A DNA stretch of 63,903 nucleotides, counting the filler, from Octopus bimaculoides (taxonomy: Eukaryota): assembly GCF_001194135.2 (NCBI RefSeq). It is 5 parts of 5 records of this genome, joined end to end, with 100 filler letters (N's around TTAATTAATTAA, not from the genome) between each part and the next. Parts side by side here need not be neighbours in the genome. Positions count along the whole stretch, not along the records: positions 36,786 to 62,759 come from NC_068981.1; 4 more parts are not named here. One strand, 5' to 3'. How positions within the stretch are numbered: position 1 is the first letter of the stretch; each line of letters begins with the position of its first letter. Made by a program: the position numbers and the translations under genes. The notes below the pieces were generated by a model. That model searched no databases. It worked only from the letters and a program-made list of their open reading frames with translations, and was not told the DNA's origin. This document shows positions 38,462 through 52,150 of this stretch, one piece after another.

Positions 38462-39723
38462 NNNNNNNNNNNNNNNNNNNNNNNNNNNNNNNNNNNNNNN
38501 NNNNNNNNNNNNNNNNNNNNNNNNNNNNNNNNNNNNNNNNNNNNNNNNNNNNNNNNNNNNNNNNNNNNNNNNNNNNNNNNNNNNNNNNNNNNNNNNNNNN
38601 NNNNNNNNNNNNNNNNNNNNNNNNNNNNNNNNNNNNNNNNNNNNNNNNNNNNNNNNNNNNNNNNNNNNNNNNNNNNNNNNNNNNNNNNNNNNNNNNNNNN
38701 NNNNNNNNNNNNNNNNNNNNNNNNNNNNNNNNNNNNNNNNNNNNNNNNNNNNNNNNNNNNNNNNNNNNNNNNNNNNNNNNNNNNNNNNNNNNNNNNNNNN
38801 NNNNNNNNNNNNNNNNNNNNNNNNNNNNNNNNNNNNNNNNNNNNNNNNNNNNNNNNNNNNNNNNNNNNNNNNNNNNNNNNNNNNNNNNNNNNNNNNNNNN
38901 NNNNNNNNNNNNNNNNNNNNNNNNNNNNNNNNNNNNNNNNNNNNNNNNNNNNNNNNNNNNNNNNNNNNNNNNNNNNNNNNNNNNNNNNNNNNNNNNNNNN
39001 NNNNNNNNNNNNNNNNNNNNNNNNNGTTTGCATGTATCTTTGTACGTTTGCTTAAACTCTGCTTTGGGATATACATTGTTATTCTCTTCCAGCCAATTAT
39101 ATAATGACATAATGCAGCGATTATTATATTTCGTCTCAAAGTAGGTGGTGGGCACGATTGTACGTACATTAGACGACGAATAAACTTGGCAATGAATTGG
39201 TAGATACGTTGGAGCATCGCAAAAAATGGCGGTGAACTAGTATATACGTTACAGCGAACGGCGCACAAATTTGCTCAATCAGAAGAGCGTGACGTCGAAA
39301 ACTATGCATTTTTTTTTTTTTTTTTGCATCTTCTCACGGTCTTAGGCTTATTCAAGCACATCCGAGATCAACAACTTCAACTCCTACCTATGGACTTTAG
39401 TCAGCTTAAATTTTGTTCTTTATCCTGCAAGATGTTGATTAAATACATTACCGATCAAGTAGTCGGGTATTCTCTCTGTCCCCAAATATGAAGGCGTTTG
39501 CATGTGTTACGAGCCATAATAAGATGGCGTGGTGGCAAAAATCGTAGAGCTCTTATAAAATGTATTTCGGTATTTTCTTTCGTCTCTATATGCAAGTCCC
39601 GACAACATCACCTTTTACGTGCTGTGTCTCTAGAGTCGATATAACAATTGCTTGTCATGTCCCATGATTGCTTAATCCATTCATATAACTTTTTTTTCAA
39701 TGTACAACATAATAAATGAATGA

Positions 39724-39950
39724 AGGCAGCGAGCGGGCAGAAACGTTAGCACGCCGGGCGAAATGCTTAGCGGTATTTCGTCTGTCTTTACTTTCTTTCT
39801 GAGTTCAAATTTCGCCGTGGTCCACTTTGCCTTTCATCCTTTCGGGGTCGATAAATTAAGTACCAGTTACATATTGGGGATCGATCTAATCGACTGACCC
39901 CCTTCTCCAAAATTTCAGGCCTTGTGCCTAGAGTAGAAAAGAATAATAAA
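39724..39950 (+). mobile_element. SINE family B copy
   Basis: GGCAGAAACGTTAGCACGCCGGGCGAAATGCTTAGCGGTATTTCG...GAGTTCAAATTTCGCC...CATCCTTTCGGGGTCGATAAATTAAGTACCAGTT; homologous to 33613-33841. Confidence 0.88.
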
Positions 39951-41088
39951 TGTATGATTCATTAAGTTTTAAAACTACAATCCTTTATCTCTCACCGTCA
40001 TTCATATCCTATTTTTAATCCTTAATTATCAAACATAATCTTCGCAATACTTTCACACAGGTTTATGTTGTTGTTTGTTTTAATGTTCTCATAGTTTTTG
40101 TTGTTCTTCTGCCCCACGTGAGCTCGGAACAGATCGGGGGTTAAATGAATTTCATCTACGAATATTTTTTCTTCTACTTTTTATAATCTATGTGTATCTT
40201 GGACAACATTATCTCTGATGTCTTTCCATTTTAGGGCGTTAAGTTGTAACGTCGATAAGATCTGCTTGTGTGGTGTTATGTATTTTCTTTTTTTAATTCA
40301 ACTGATGAGTACTTTTTCAAATAGCTGCAATCATGCTTGTACTTAAGGGAGAGAATATTAAGAAATATTCAATAAAAGAACATATCATTTGAGGTCTTCT
40401 ATTCACTTAGTTCCAACAAACCTCTACTTATAACAGGTTACTTATCTTCATTTACCGTCAATGAAATAGAGGCAAAATCGAAATAAATTTCTGTTCCACA
40501 TTTGATGACCCATGCAAACTCAGTATTATGTAAAAATGATTCAGTATATAGCAATCTTTATATATTCAACGAGAGGAAATAAAAAGTGTATTGTAACTTG
40601 CTTGAATCATTGCAGTATATAAATAAAATCTAACTACACTGAACAAGGCTCATCAACTTAATGCAACATTAAACCTGATCTTACAACTGCTCAACAGCGT
40701 AAAACAATATAAAACAACACGGAAAAATATTGATACATTGATACCTAAATATACATTATTATAATTCAAAACCAGCAATATTACGATATAACATATATGG
40801 TGTTCATTTTAACAACCATTTTATTGATGTAAACAGTTCAACGATCTACCAGACACTCACCGATTTCTTACAACACTCTCCAAGATAATCCATAATTTAA
40901 CACTTTGGAAGCTGAATACTAAAATCAACATTTCCAATAAACTGTGAAAACGCTTTCGTATGAAAACTGCTAATATACTAAACGTGACAACATATTATTG
41001 AATGTGAACTAATAAATTGTGTTTTAAGTTTTACAGTATATCAGGACGTTTATTTGTGTGTGACTACTCATATAATTATATATATGTT

Positions 41089-41128
<40 letters not shown>

Positions 41129-41745
41129 NNNNNNNNNNNNNNNNNNNNNNNNNNNNNNNNNNNNNNNNNNNNNNNNNNNNNNNNNNNNNNNNNNNNNNNN
41201 NNNNNNNNNNNNNNNNNNNNNNNNNNNNNNNNNNNNNNNNNNNNNNNNNNNNNNNNNNNNNNNNNNNNNNNNNNNNNNNNNNNNNNNNNNNNNNNNNNNN
41301 NNNNNNNNNNNNNNNNNNNNNNNNNNNNNNNNNNNNNNNNNNNNNNNNNNNNNNNNNNNNNNNNNNNNNNNNNNNNNNNNNNNNNNNNNNNNNNNNNNNN
41401 NNNNNNNNNNNNNNNNNNNNNNNNNNNNNNNNNNNNNNNNNNNNNNNNNNNNNNNNNNNNNNNNNNNNNNNNNNNNNNNNNNNNNNNNNNNNNNNNNNNN
41501 NNNNNNNNNNNNNNNNNNNNNNNNNNNNNNNNNNNNNNNNNNNNNNNNNNNNNNNNNNNNNNNNNNNNNNNNNNNNNNNNNNNNNNNNNNNNNNNNNNNN
41601 NNNNNNNNNNNNNNNNNNNNNNNNNNNNNNNNNNNNNNNNNNNNNNNNNNNNNNNNNNNNNNNNNNNNNNNNNNNNNNNNNNNNNNNNNNNNNNNNNNNN
41701 NNNNNNNNNNNNNNNNNNNNNNNNNNNNNNNNNNNNNNNNNNNNN

Positions 41746-41781
<36 letters not shown>

Positions 41782-43628
41782 CGTCTGTGTATATCTGTGC
41801 GTCTGTGTGTATAATTACCGTGTCACATTTCCCCATTCAGATTGACAGAATTTTTTTCGGGAATGAACTCTTTATGAAGGCTGCACCATGGGTTAGTTTG
41901 CACGACGCAGTTGTATCACGGCGTCTCTTCAGCAGCGATCAATTGAACCGTGTTAACTGGCCCTAAGACGGCGACTTTGGACGGACCGACTGCTGAACAA
42001 AACATACGCATAGATGAAATAGTAGTTTAATACTGCTACGGCAAAATATGGCTGCAGAAATGGCAACAGTTTTGTATCTAATTGACACCAATATGGAGGA
42101 CTTTTTTATGTAGCCTCAATGTAATTTTTGTATTTGTTTACGTGTTGGTTATTTTGTTTGTTGTTGTTTTGTTCGTTTTTTTTTTTATTTTCTTTCTTGA
42201 TTTTATAACTATTTGATACTGTACTTCATGGCTCAAGAAATGGCTCAATCATTGCATCAATCAGTAACTGGCACCAGCCCGGAGGATGTATTTGAAACCT
42301 CGATTCGCTTTTGTGTTTGTGTTTGTCAATCGAATCTCTGAACTTTGTATTTGTGTGTTTGTTTGATTTTAAGTTAAAGTTAAATTAAAATTTAAGATGA
42401 CATCTGAAAAACTAATGTTATGGGTGGAAAAGAAAATTGAATACGTCCCGTAACATCAAAACATCACTCAAACACCACCGATAGTTTTTTCCATGGGTGT
42501 CTGTGTGAAAAACAAGAACAACCCATTGTTTTGTGGGTTATTTACTACAGCTAGGAATCACCGACTCAGCTGTCTACGAACTTAATCCCATTCCACACTA
42601 TTCTGTTCGTTTGCAATTGCGTTTGTAAATGCATACAGACTATTTAAACTGTAAATTCCAAAATCATTTAAATGTCTCAATAAACTAAAACTCCGAACAC
42701 GTCACTGATAGATTCAATCAATACACATCGCGCATTGTTATAAACAGTATCTTAAGAGCATCTTCAAGTGTTTTGACATTTTAGCCTAGAAGGAAAGCGC
42801 TAGGAACATGATCTTTATAAACCCTTCAAGACATCTGCGGTCACTACGATTGACGTTCAAGCTGAATTCCAGCGTGAATGTTTTGTTTGTGGGGAAAAGT
42901 GGGTAAGAACAAAGTTCTAATATGAGAGAAATTTCTAGTGTCGAGTTTGTATAAGGACAACGAAATAATGGTGATCTTCTGTATTGGCTCTTTACAACTT
43001 GAAGTTCATAGGAGCAGGGTCTGTCAGTCGGAACTTCATTTCGAAGGAATCAGTGTAGAAGGTTTGCCTGGAGCAGCTTTTTCGTCCTAGTTCATGTACA
43101 GACAGCAATCTAGCGTGGAGAGAAATTCTGTTTTGTATAAAGACAAAGAATACAAAGTCGAAGTAATTTGTGGTTCCGAGAAGGATAAATTTTTGATCTG
43201 AAGTTTTCACGATCACGAGAAATTGCGATTCATTAGTATGTATCTTTCATTTGAGAAATTTAGTTGTACATTCCCCATTTGTAGAAAGAATGAAATGTAG
43301 TGAAATTGTTATCAGTTTCTTTTCATCACTAGGTAGGATTTGAACTTGTTGATTTCATGTGGGTGGGCTTAAGCTGACCTTATATAAAAACTTATGCTAT
43401 GCAATACTCCAGCTCTATCTCAATGCTACTTTATTGCAATTGACCAAGTTTCCTTGATATGTTTCAATCGATTATGTCGGAGATCGGATGATATAATGCC
43501 TTAACATAAAATGATCCAACGCATAAACCTCTACACATTTTTTTTGCTTACGGACCCTGTCAATTTTTATTTTACTCTACTTGAACTCCACTGCCATTAG
43601 ATGTTTTTTAAAAAGCCTATTGTTTTTG

Positions 43629-43985
43629 TTACCTCTGCCTCAGCGAAGGCAGAGGTATTATTTTCAATTTGTTTTGTCCGTGGACAAGATATCTCAAGAA
43701 CCGCTGGATGGATTCGGATGAAATTTTCAGGGATGCTTGACCTCGTGTCTGGCACAAACTGATTAGATTTTGGGATCGATCCGGTATTGGGCAAGGATTC
43801 TGGATTATTTTCCCGGTTTTTTTACTTAATTTTTGAGAACAGTCTGGTTCATTTTTAGTATTCTCCTTTGCGAGAGCATTTGAATTTATTTCAGATATTC
43901 TCATTTTAAAAATCATCTCTGGCTAATCGTTGAGAGGACGTTGGTGTTGCCTTGGCGGAGGTTTGCGCTCTCTGAGTACTCTTGT
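43629..43985 (+). mobile_element. Non-autonomous Helentron-associated (HINE/DINE-like) element
   Basis: TT-flanked. 5' sub-terminal ACCTCTGCC forms the hairpin CCTCTGCC-tcagcgaa-GGCAGAGG. 3' sub-terminal GGCGGAGGT is followed by a small stem-loop GCGCTC-TCT-GAGTAC. Confidence 0.7.
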
Positions 43986-45099
43986 TTTTTGTTGTTTTTA
44001 TAATTAAATATTATTAGGAATTGTATTTTTAAAATGTCAAAATATTTTGTCTGTTTCAGAAGCATGAGCAATTTATCGTACATAAATTTTAAGAACAAAA
44101 TCTTATATAGTCCCCCGAGGGCAATATGGACCCTGGTTGAGAACCGTTACTCTACACAGCTGATATGCTAGAAATAGTAACTGATCCTACTTCAACATAC
44201 AGCCTTCCATTCAAATGTCATATTAAAACTGTAGCGCTTGAAATAAAAATAAGGGTTGGTCATGACTAGAACGCTTTTGATCATATGTCTGCTCGATCGG
44301 GCCTGATGTTTGGCTGACTAACAACATTTTATACCATCTGAAATATGCCACGATGCCATGGTCTACTCGTTTCTCCATACATTTCGTCACCCCATCTCTA
44401 ATACCAACAACAATAGATGCTTCAGTCTTCCCTCAAATATAATTATATAATATAAAGGAATATAGAATTTCTTTTTGGCACAGACAATAACGTCTATAAA
44501 TTGTGCCGAAAGCATCGCGAAAGCTAGAATTGAACCTACGTCGTCTAGCCACGAAAGGAATCTAGAATTTCATTTTAGCACAGACAATAACAGAATAATG
44601 TCTTTGAATTGTTACAATGTACTAACTTTCGTTCCCTTCTTTGAAAGATTTATCGAATGTCATTCAAACTAGTCCATTACAGATATATTCCTGTCATGTC
44701 AATGTATCTACTTTTAATAAAATAAACATTAAACATACATATAAAACATACGTAAATATTATCTAGTAAATGTGACTTTTCAATTAAATGGTATTGTTTT
44801 CCTATCTTCGTATACCTTTTCGTTCCATTCTTGCTGCAGTTGTTTAGTTGGCACTGTTGTTGTTGCTTTTGTTTTTCTTGTTATTGCTGTTGTTGTTGTT
44901 GTTGTTGTTGTTATGGTTATTGCTGTTTATTCAATAACTTTTGGTTGCTTAGGTCTGCAACGTGTGTTTCTGTATCATAAATTGTAATGTTCCTGTAGGA
45001 GGTGTTTTGTTCAATTCTTATAGAACGAAAACTAACCGTTAGAGTAACTCCTGGTAAAAACAATATAAACTGTTTTTAAAAAAAAGACAAACAAAACAA

Positions 45100-45134
45100 C
45101 AGCAACAATAATAATGATAATAATAACTATGATG

Positions 45135-45230
<96 letters not shown>

Positions 45231-45245
45231 TAACAACAACGACAA
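45100..45245. repeat. (AAT)n-(AGT)n compound microsatellite
   Basis: Seen directly. Confidence 0.95.
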
Positions 45246-45657
45246 TGATAGTAAAAATAACACGATAAAATGGCGGCGTGTCTTAATGTGATTGACGTCT
45301 CGCTTTCTGTATCAGCTCTTAGTAAAGGTAGTCACGTGGTAGCATACGACCAGCAGGAAGATGGAGGAAATGAACAATTAGATTGACAAAGCTTCCAAGT
45401 AATTATTAGTTCTGCTTTAACTAGGACATTCTAACGTAAGTTTCTTATCATCACCATCATCATCATCGTCGGCGTAGTGTCATTTTGTGTTTGCTGCCAT
45501 TACTACGGTACAGTATACGTCTCTCCCTAACTCTGTTCACTCGCACAATCTATCATGGCGAGTTCCATTTCCCTCCGCTTTATTTTTTTTCCTCCCTTTC
45601 CGTTAATCTTTCTTTTCTTTTCTCTTCCTTGACACATCTCTAACATTTATGTCTCCA

Positions 45658-45767
<110 letters not shown>

Positions 45768-46671
45768 TTATATACATTTCTTCCTTCCTACCTTTGTCAC
45801 ATATATTTAATAAACTTTTTCTATCTCTCCCTCTCACACTCATACACACATACAAACTATCTCTCGCTCTTACCTTCACTATTTCATACAATCATCCATC
45901 CTCATTTCCTCTCTCTCTTAACCTATCACCTATTCTCCTACTTTACTCAACTTTTATGTTACTTTCTCTCCACGTCTCTCTCTCTCTCTCTCCCTCTCTC
46001 TCTCCTCTTACACACATACACTCTCTTATTTTATACATTTCTTACGTCTTACTCTGTCTCTTGCGCAATCTCCTAAGCTTCCCCCACTCTCTCCCCCTTT
46101 CTCTGCCATTCTCTGTCCTACTTGTTCCTCTCTTGCTTCTCCCTATCTTTATCTCTTTCATTTTCTTTTTCTCCTTATTGTGTATGCCACCAATATCCAC
46201 ACACACACGTAATACATCGTACATATGACAAACATCTAAAGCATCAATTAGGAATATGTACGATTTAAAAGTGATGTCACAGAAATACGTTACATCCAAT
46301 CAGATGATTTCTTGCGATACTTAATGTATTTTACAACAGACAGCCTTTCATAAGCTCCACTTTTTTTTTACAATGCACTAAATAGAATGATAGAAGTTTT
46401 GAAGATATATTTCCCCTACTTAACGTTATAAAGAGAAAACAATAATTTCTTTTGTCAAGCAGATAATCACTTTTTAGATGTACAGCTTCTGGAAAATGCT
46501 TAACTGAAGGCAGATTTTGCAAGTAAATGTGTCAGCGGTTCTTCTAATACGTTACTAATAACTATCGAAAACTTCTGAAAGTAATATCACTTACGCAGGA
46601 ATATAGTTCTTGATTCGATATCCTTTAGATCTTGTATAGATATATCATAGAGGATGGATATGTGGATATGT

Positions 46672-46727
<56 letters not shown>

Positions 46728-47010
46728 ATACATCTATATACATACTTGTATAGATACACATATATACATATATATCTATATGTCACACACTCTGTCTCTC
46801 TCTTTCTCTCTCTCTCTCTCTCCCTCTCTCTTCCTCTCTCTAGATATATATATATGTATACAACCATATAGATATATATACATGTATATATATATACATA
46901 TATGTACACATATACATATATAGATATATAGATAGATATATGTATACATATATGTATATATAGACACATATATATATCTATATATACATATATGTATCTA
47001 TATGTCACAC

Positions 47011-47051
<41 letters not shown>

Positions 47052-48412
47052 NNNNNNNNNNNNNNNNNNNNNNNNNNNNNNNNNNNNNNNNNNNNNNNNN
47101 NNNNNNNNNNNNNNNNNNNNNNNNNNNNNNNNNNNNNNNNNNNNNNNNNNNNNNNNNNNNNNNNNNNNNNNNNNNNNNNNNNNNNNNNNNNNNNNNNNNN
47201 NNNNNNNNNNNNNNNNNNNNNNNNNNNNNNNNNNNNNNNNNNNNNNNNNNNNNNNNNNNNNNNNNNNNNNNNNNNNNNNNNNNNNNNNNNNNNNNNNNNN
47301 NNNNNNNNNNNNNNNNNNNNNNNNNNNNNNNNNNNNNNNNNNNNNNNNNNNNNNNNNNNNNNNNNNNNNNNNNNNNNNNNNNNNNNNNNNNNNNNNNNNN
47401 NNNNNNNNNNNNNNNNNNNNNNNNNNNNNNNNNNNNNNNNNNNNNNNNNNNNNNNNNNNNNNNNNNNNNNNNNNNNNNNNNNNNNNNNNNNNNNNNNNNN
47501 NNNNNNNNNNNNNNNNNNNNNNNNNNNNNNNNNNNNNNNNNNNNNNNNNNNNNNNNNNNNNNNNNNNNNNNNNNNNNNNNNNNNNNNNNNNNNNNNNNNN
47601 NNNNNNNNNNNNNNNNNNNNNNNNNNNNNNNNNNNNNNNNNNNNNNNNNNNNNNNNNNNNNNNNNNNNNNNNNNNNNNNNNNNNNNNNNNNNNNNNNNNN
47701 NNNNNNNNNNNNNNNNNNNNNNNNNNNNNNNNNNNNNNNNNNNNNNNNNNNNNNNNNNNNNNNNNNNNNNNNNNNNNNNNNNNNNNNNNNNNNNNNNNNN
47801 NNNNNNCTCTCTCTTCCTCTCTCTAGATATATATATATGTATACAACCATATAGATATATATACATGTATATATATATACATATATGTACACATATACAT
47901 ATATAGATATATAGATAGATATATGTATACATATATGTATATATAGACACATATATATATCTATATATACATATATGTATACATGTATATATATTTATAT
48001 GTATATGCATTTATGTATATATTTATATGTGTATATATATACATACATATGTGTATATATATGTATATATATTTGTGTATATATATATGTGTGTGTGTAG
48101 AGAGAGATATAGACATATACATATATATCCATACACACATACATACGTCTATAAATATATACCCCCACACATATATTACATATATATGTACGCACATCTA
48201 TAAATACATATATATACACATGCACATGTATACAAACATATATACACACGCATATATACACACAAACATATATGTTACAAACATACACTCACACGGACAC
48301 ACAAATACACACATGCCCTAGCACACTCACACGCACAGATAATGGTGCGAAGAAAGAGTTGTTTCATTTGCAAGCATGTCTTATGTAAGAATAATAAATA
48401 TTTACATGAAAG

Positions 48413-48453
<41 letters not shown>

Positions 48454-48658
48454 TCGATGGATGTCTACACAAACTTAATATGTATATGAAAACAGTGAAA
48501 CAATGTGGGACGAGTCCATTTGTTTGTAAGGGAGGTTAAAACTGCGCTATAGTCATGTTTTCCTTGTGTGGTACATTAGCGACAGCAGGGAGTACAAACA
48601 TGAATGGAATCCGAATAGTGAGCATAGCATTTCAACGTCTCTTTAGAGCCTACTTACA

Positions 48659-48695
<37 letters not shown>

Positions 48696-49764
48696 ATGCT
48701 GCCGCTGCTGCTACTGTTATTTCGCTCCCGTGGTTCGTTCTAGTTTATTATTATTTCCATTCAATTCATTCGTTCATTCCATTCTCCTCACATTGTGTAT
48801 TCTAAATATTCTCATGAAAGGCTCTAAAATTGGAATTTATTCAATCGGCAAATTTTCCCTCTCTCCTTAAAGAAAAAATTGCCTGTATGTAAGGGTAACA
48901 ACAGCAGCAATAATAACAACGCTCCAGATAGACTATCNNNNNNNNNNNNNNNNNNNNNNNNNNNNNNNNNNNNNNNNNNNNNNNNNNNNNNNNNNNNNNN
49001 NNNNNNNNNNNNNNNNNNNNNNNNNNNNNNNNNNNNNCGCTAAGCATTTCGCCCGGCGTGCTAACGTTTCTGCCAGCTCATCGCCTTCGATACTGCATTT
49101 TAATGTCTTCTTTCTAAACCTTAATTTTTAATTTAACATATATATATAGTAACAACAAGATCTTTTGATGGAAATCCATAAATCCCTTGATACATTGCTA
49201 CGTACGTTTCTACAAGTCTTATGTTTTAGTTGCAGTATTCCCCATCCTTAGGATAGGATATTACAAATATAATTTGCACAATTCATAGATTTTAAAGGGA
49301 ATATTAATACATGTGTTCGTTACTTCGGGCAGACTCGACATCGTCGGTATTTGAACTCGGCACGTATATACAGGCGAAATCCCGAGCTGGCCGAAACATC
49401 GAAGTCGTTGTCAATGATGATGATGATGATGTGTATGTGTGTGTGTGTGTTTGCTTCCACGCAAAGAAACGTCTTATGTTCCTTTTTTTTTATATATCCA
49501 AGTGTCCACATCTGTTCGGTCATCCAGACAATCAGTCTTTAATATATTGGTACGTTAATTTCGGAGAACTCATTATTCAAAGATTACCCACCCATCCACC
49601 CACTTTTTTGATCTGGAGTCGGTCGCAGTTGCTGCGAGGCATTTATTTAGTCTTCTCTGAAAGGAGGATAATTTCAAAAAAAATCTTGTTTATATATCAT
49701 ACACGGAATTTGATATAGATCTTATTAGTCATCATTGTCCATATTCAATGGCCAGTGGCCATTC

Positions 49765-49863
<99 letters not shown>

Positions 49864-50589
49864 TGTTAAACAGGACGTCAAACATCAAAGCAAGGCAAAC
49901 ATCTCGAGTCATATATATTACTATTAAAGTAAGAAATTCAAAATCATACAGTTATTTCTGGGATATTCCCGAGTATGGGATATACCGTCATCAGAGACAA
50001 ATAGGGGGTGGGGATATTTTCTCGGTATTTTTCCCCTTTTCCCCATTAATTGAGTACAGAGCGTCATAAGAAACTATAGAAATGGATAAGAGAACAAGAA
50101 ATTCCGTTCATTGCATAGCTGAAGTCCATTACATGAGTTCTTGTTACCGTAGCATTATATAATTTCTTATATGCATGTGTGTGTTTGTGTGCGTAGAACA
50201 ATACATTCACATTCTTAACCGGATTATATGATTTGAATTACTACCCAAAATCACCGTTTTATCATCCTTCCACACATATTAAAATGCAATTTAACATCTA
50301 CACATACGAAACATTACACATTTATATCGGTAAAGTCCGGTATCGTGAGCTCTCCACTCCTCTTCTCACTTTCCTACCCTAACTAGTTCTATCCTTCTAT
50401 TCTCTTCCACTTCTTCCTTTTTCTTTCTCACTGGTTATTTTTTTCTCATAATTCTCCCCATCCTTCCTCCCTTTTATTATTACTCTGATGCAAATCGTGT
50501 CTTCACTTTTGGTCCTCCTTTCTCACTTCCAACTTCCATTTTACACGATGCCCTGCCATGTAAACAGACTTAAATTCGAAATAGGTTAT

Positions 50590-51228
50590 TTTTCTCTTGC
50601 TTCTCTTATTTACTTTTCTTTTCTGTGATAAAGGGGTCCACACGAATCATCGTCCAAAGCCAGCTAAGGACTACGTTTGAAAGCCCAATGGTGTGTTTCC
50701 ACTCTTGAGCAGCACAGATTAGAGCTTCCACTTCCGGTTTTAGATCACTTTTAGTCATCCATAGGTTCTGTGGTATTTTTTTTACATACCATGCCATGTT
50801 TTATTTTGCTCTAATGCTGTGTTCGCATCCAATGAATCCTCTTCCTCCTCTTTTACTTGGTACATACAGCCTGTCTGTGTCACTTTTTTGGATGGAGTAT
50901 CCGATATCAAGTTAGCAACTTCCTTGTCTTTCTGTCTAAGCTGTTTAGTTCGTCTACTGTCCATGCGATTACCCCTACTCCATATCTAAGGAGTGAAACC
51001 GCCCAGGTGTTGATAGCTTCAATCTTATTGTCCGTTTAATTTCGACTTAAGGACCAGTCTCAGTCTGAGCAAGTACTCTACCTTAAATTTTTTCTGTCAT
51101 TTCTTTCTCCATCAATTTATCCATTTGCAATATCCCCAAGTACTTCTAGCACGTCTCTTCTATTTGCTTCATAACCTTCCCCAATGGTATCGCTAGCCTG
51201 TCTATACATTTGATTTTGCCTCTTCCAG
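50590..51228 (-). mobile_element. Fragment of a second R4/Dong-like RLE retrotransposon
   Basis: Minus strand: KYLGILQM, NKIEAINTWAVSLLRYGVGVIAWTVDELNSLDRKTRKLLT and LWMTKSDLKPEVEALICAAQE, which are typical post-RT motifs of R4-clade elements. The 5' end abuts (ATT)n at 51229. Confidence 0.87.
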
Positions 51229-51235
51229 ATTATTA

Positions 51236-51302
<67 letters not shown>

Positions 51303-51620
51303 CATTATCATCATCATCATCATTATCATTTAAAACAGTTTGATTCGGCTCGATGCGATTTAGTTTCGCAGGCTTCTTTCAGAAACCCAGTTCGTTCAGA
51401 TTACGTTTGTATGTATGTATGTACGTATGTATGTATGTATGTATGTATGTATGTATGTATGTATGTATTAGTTTTGCAAGATTCCTGATGTGAAATCGTG
51501 TGTTCTTATATTTCGGGATAGTCGGGGTTTTTTTTTTCCTTCTTTTGCCAAATAAACACACGCGATATATATTTGTTTTTCACTTCAGATTTATTATTGT
51601 TCATATTTTATGTCCTTTAC

Positions 51621-51671
51621 CTCTTCCGCAACTCTTCCGGAATAGGAGGAGACATGTAGGATAGAAAGCCG
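51621..51671 (-). other. Candidate 51-nt internal exon of an unidentified minus-strand gene
   Basis: A long AG-free pyrimidine-rich run ends in CTCTTCAG, the donor is GAG|GTAAAG, the length is a multiple of 3, and all three frames are open (e.g. GFLSYMSPPIPEELRK). Confidence 0.3.
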
Positions 51672-51855
51672 CTGAAGAGGTCACAGGATGTGTGACGAAA
51701 GATTTTCAGATAAAGAACATAAAATAAGAACAGAAATATATCAGAATTCAAGAACGGATATATAGCGCGTGTGTTTATTTGGCAAAAACAAAATGACCAT
51801 CTTGAAATATCACAATGCATATATACATATATATGTTATATCATACTATATTATA

Positions 51856-51886
<31 letters not shown>

Positions 51887-52074
51887 CATACATTTGTAAT
51901 AATATAATGATACGCATAAGCTTAATATAGAATAAACAATTAAATAGATAGTAAAAAAGTCAGTAAATTCTTTGAATAATATTGTATGTAAAAAGCTTTT
52001 CCATATATAGTTTGTTTTTAATGGTGTATACAAAATATATGTATTAATAACTTCACGTAAACACGCACACAGGT

Positions 52075-52150
<76 letters not shown>

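Noticed and set aside
41895-41940. Minus-strand CTGAAGA-GACGC...GCGTC hammerhead look-alike
   Set aside because: Stem II is followed by GTGCAAAC rather than GAAAC, and there is no valid NUH site.
46779-47980. Near-identical ~170-bp sequence on both sides of the 47052-47807 gap
   Set aside because: Most likely a collapsed ~220-bp tandem repeat or an unmerged contig overlap, so not interpretable biologically.
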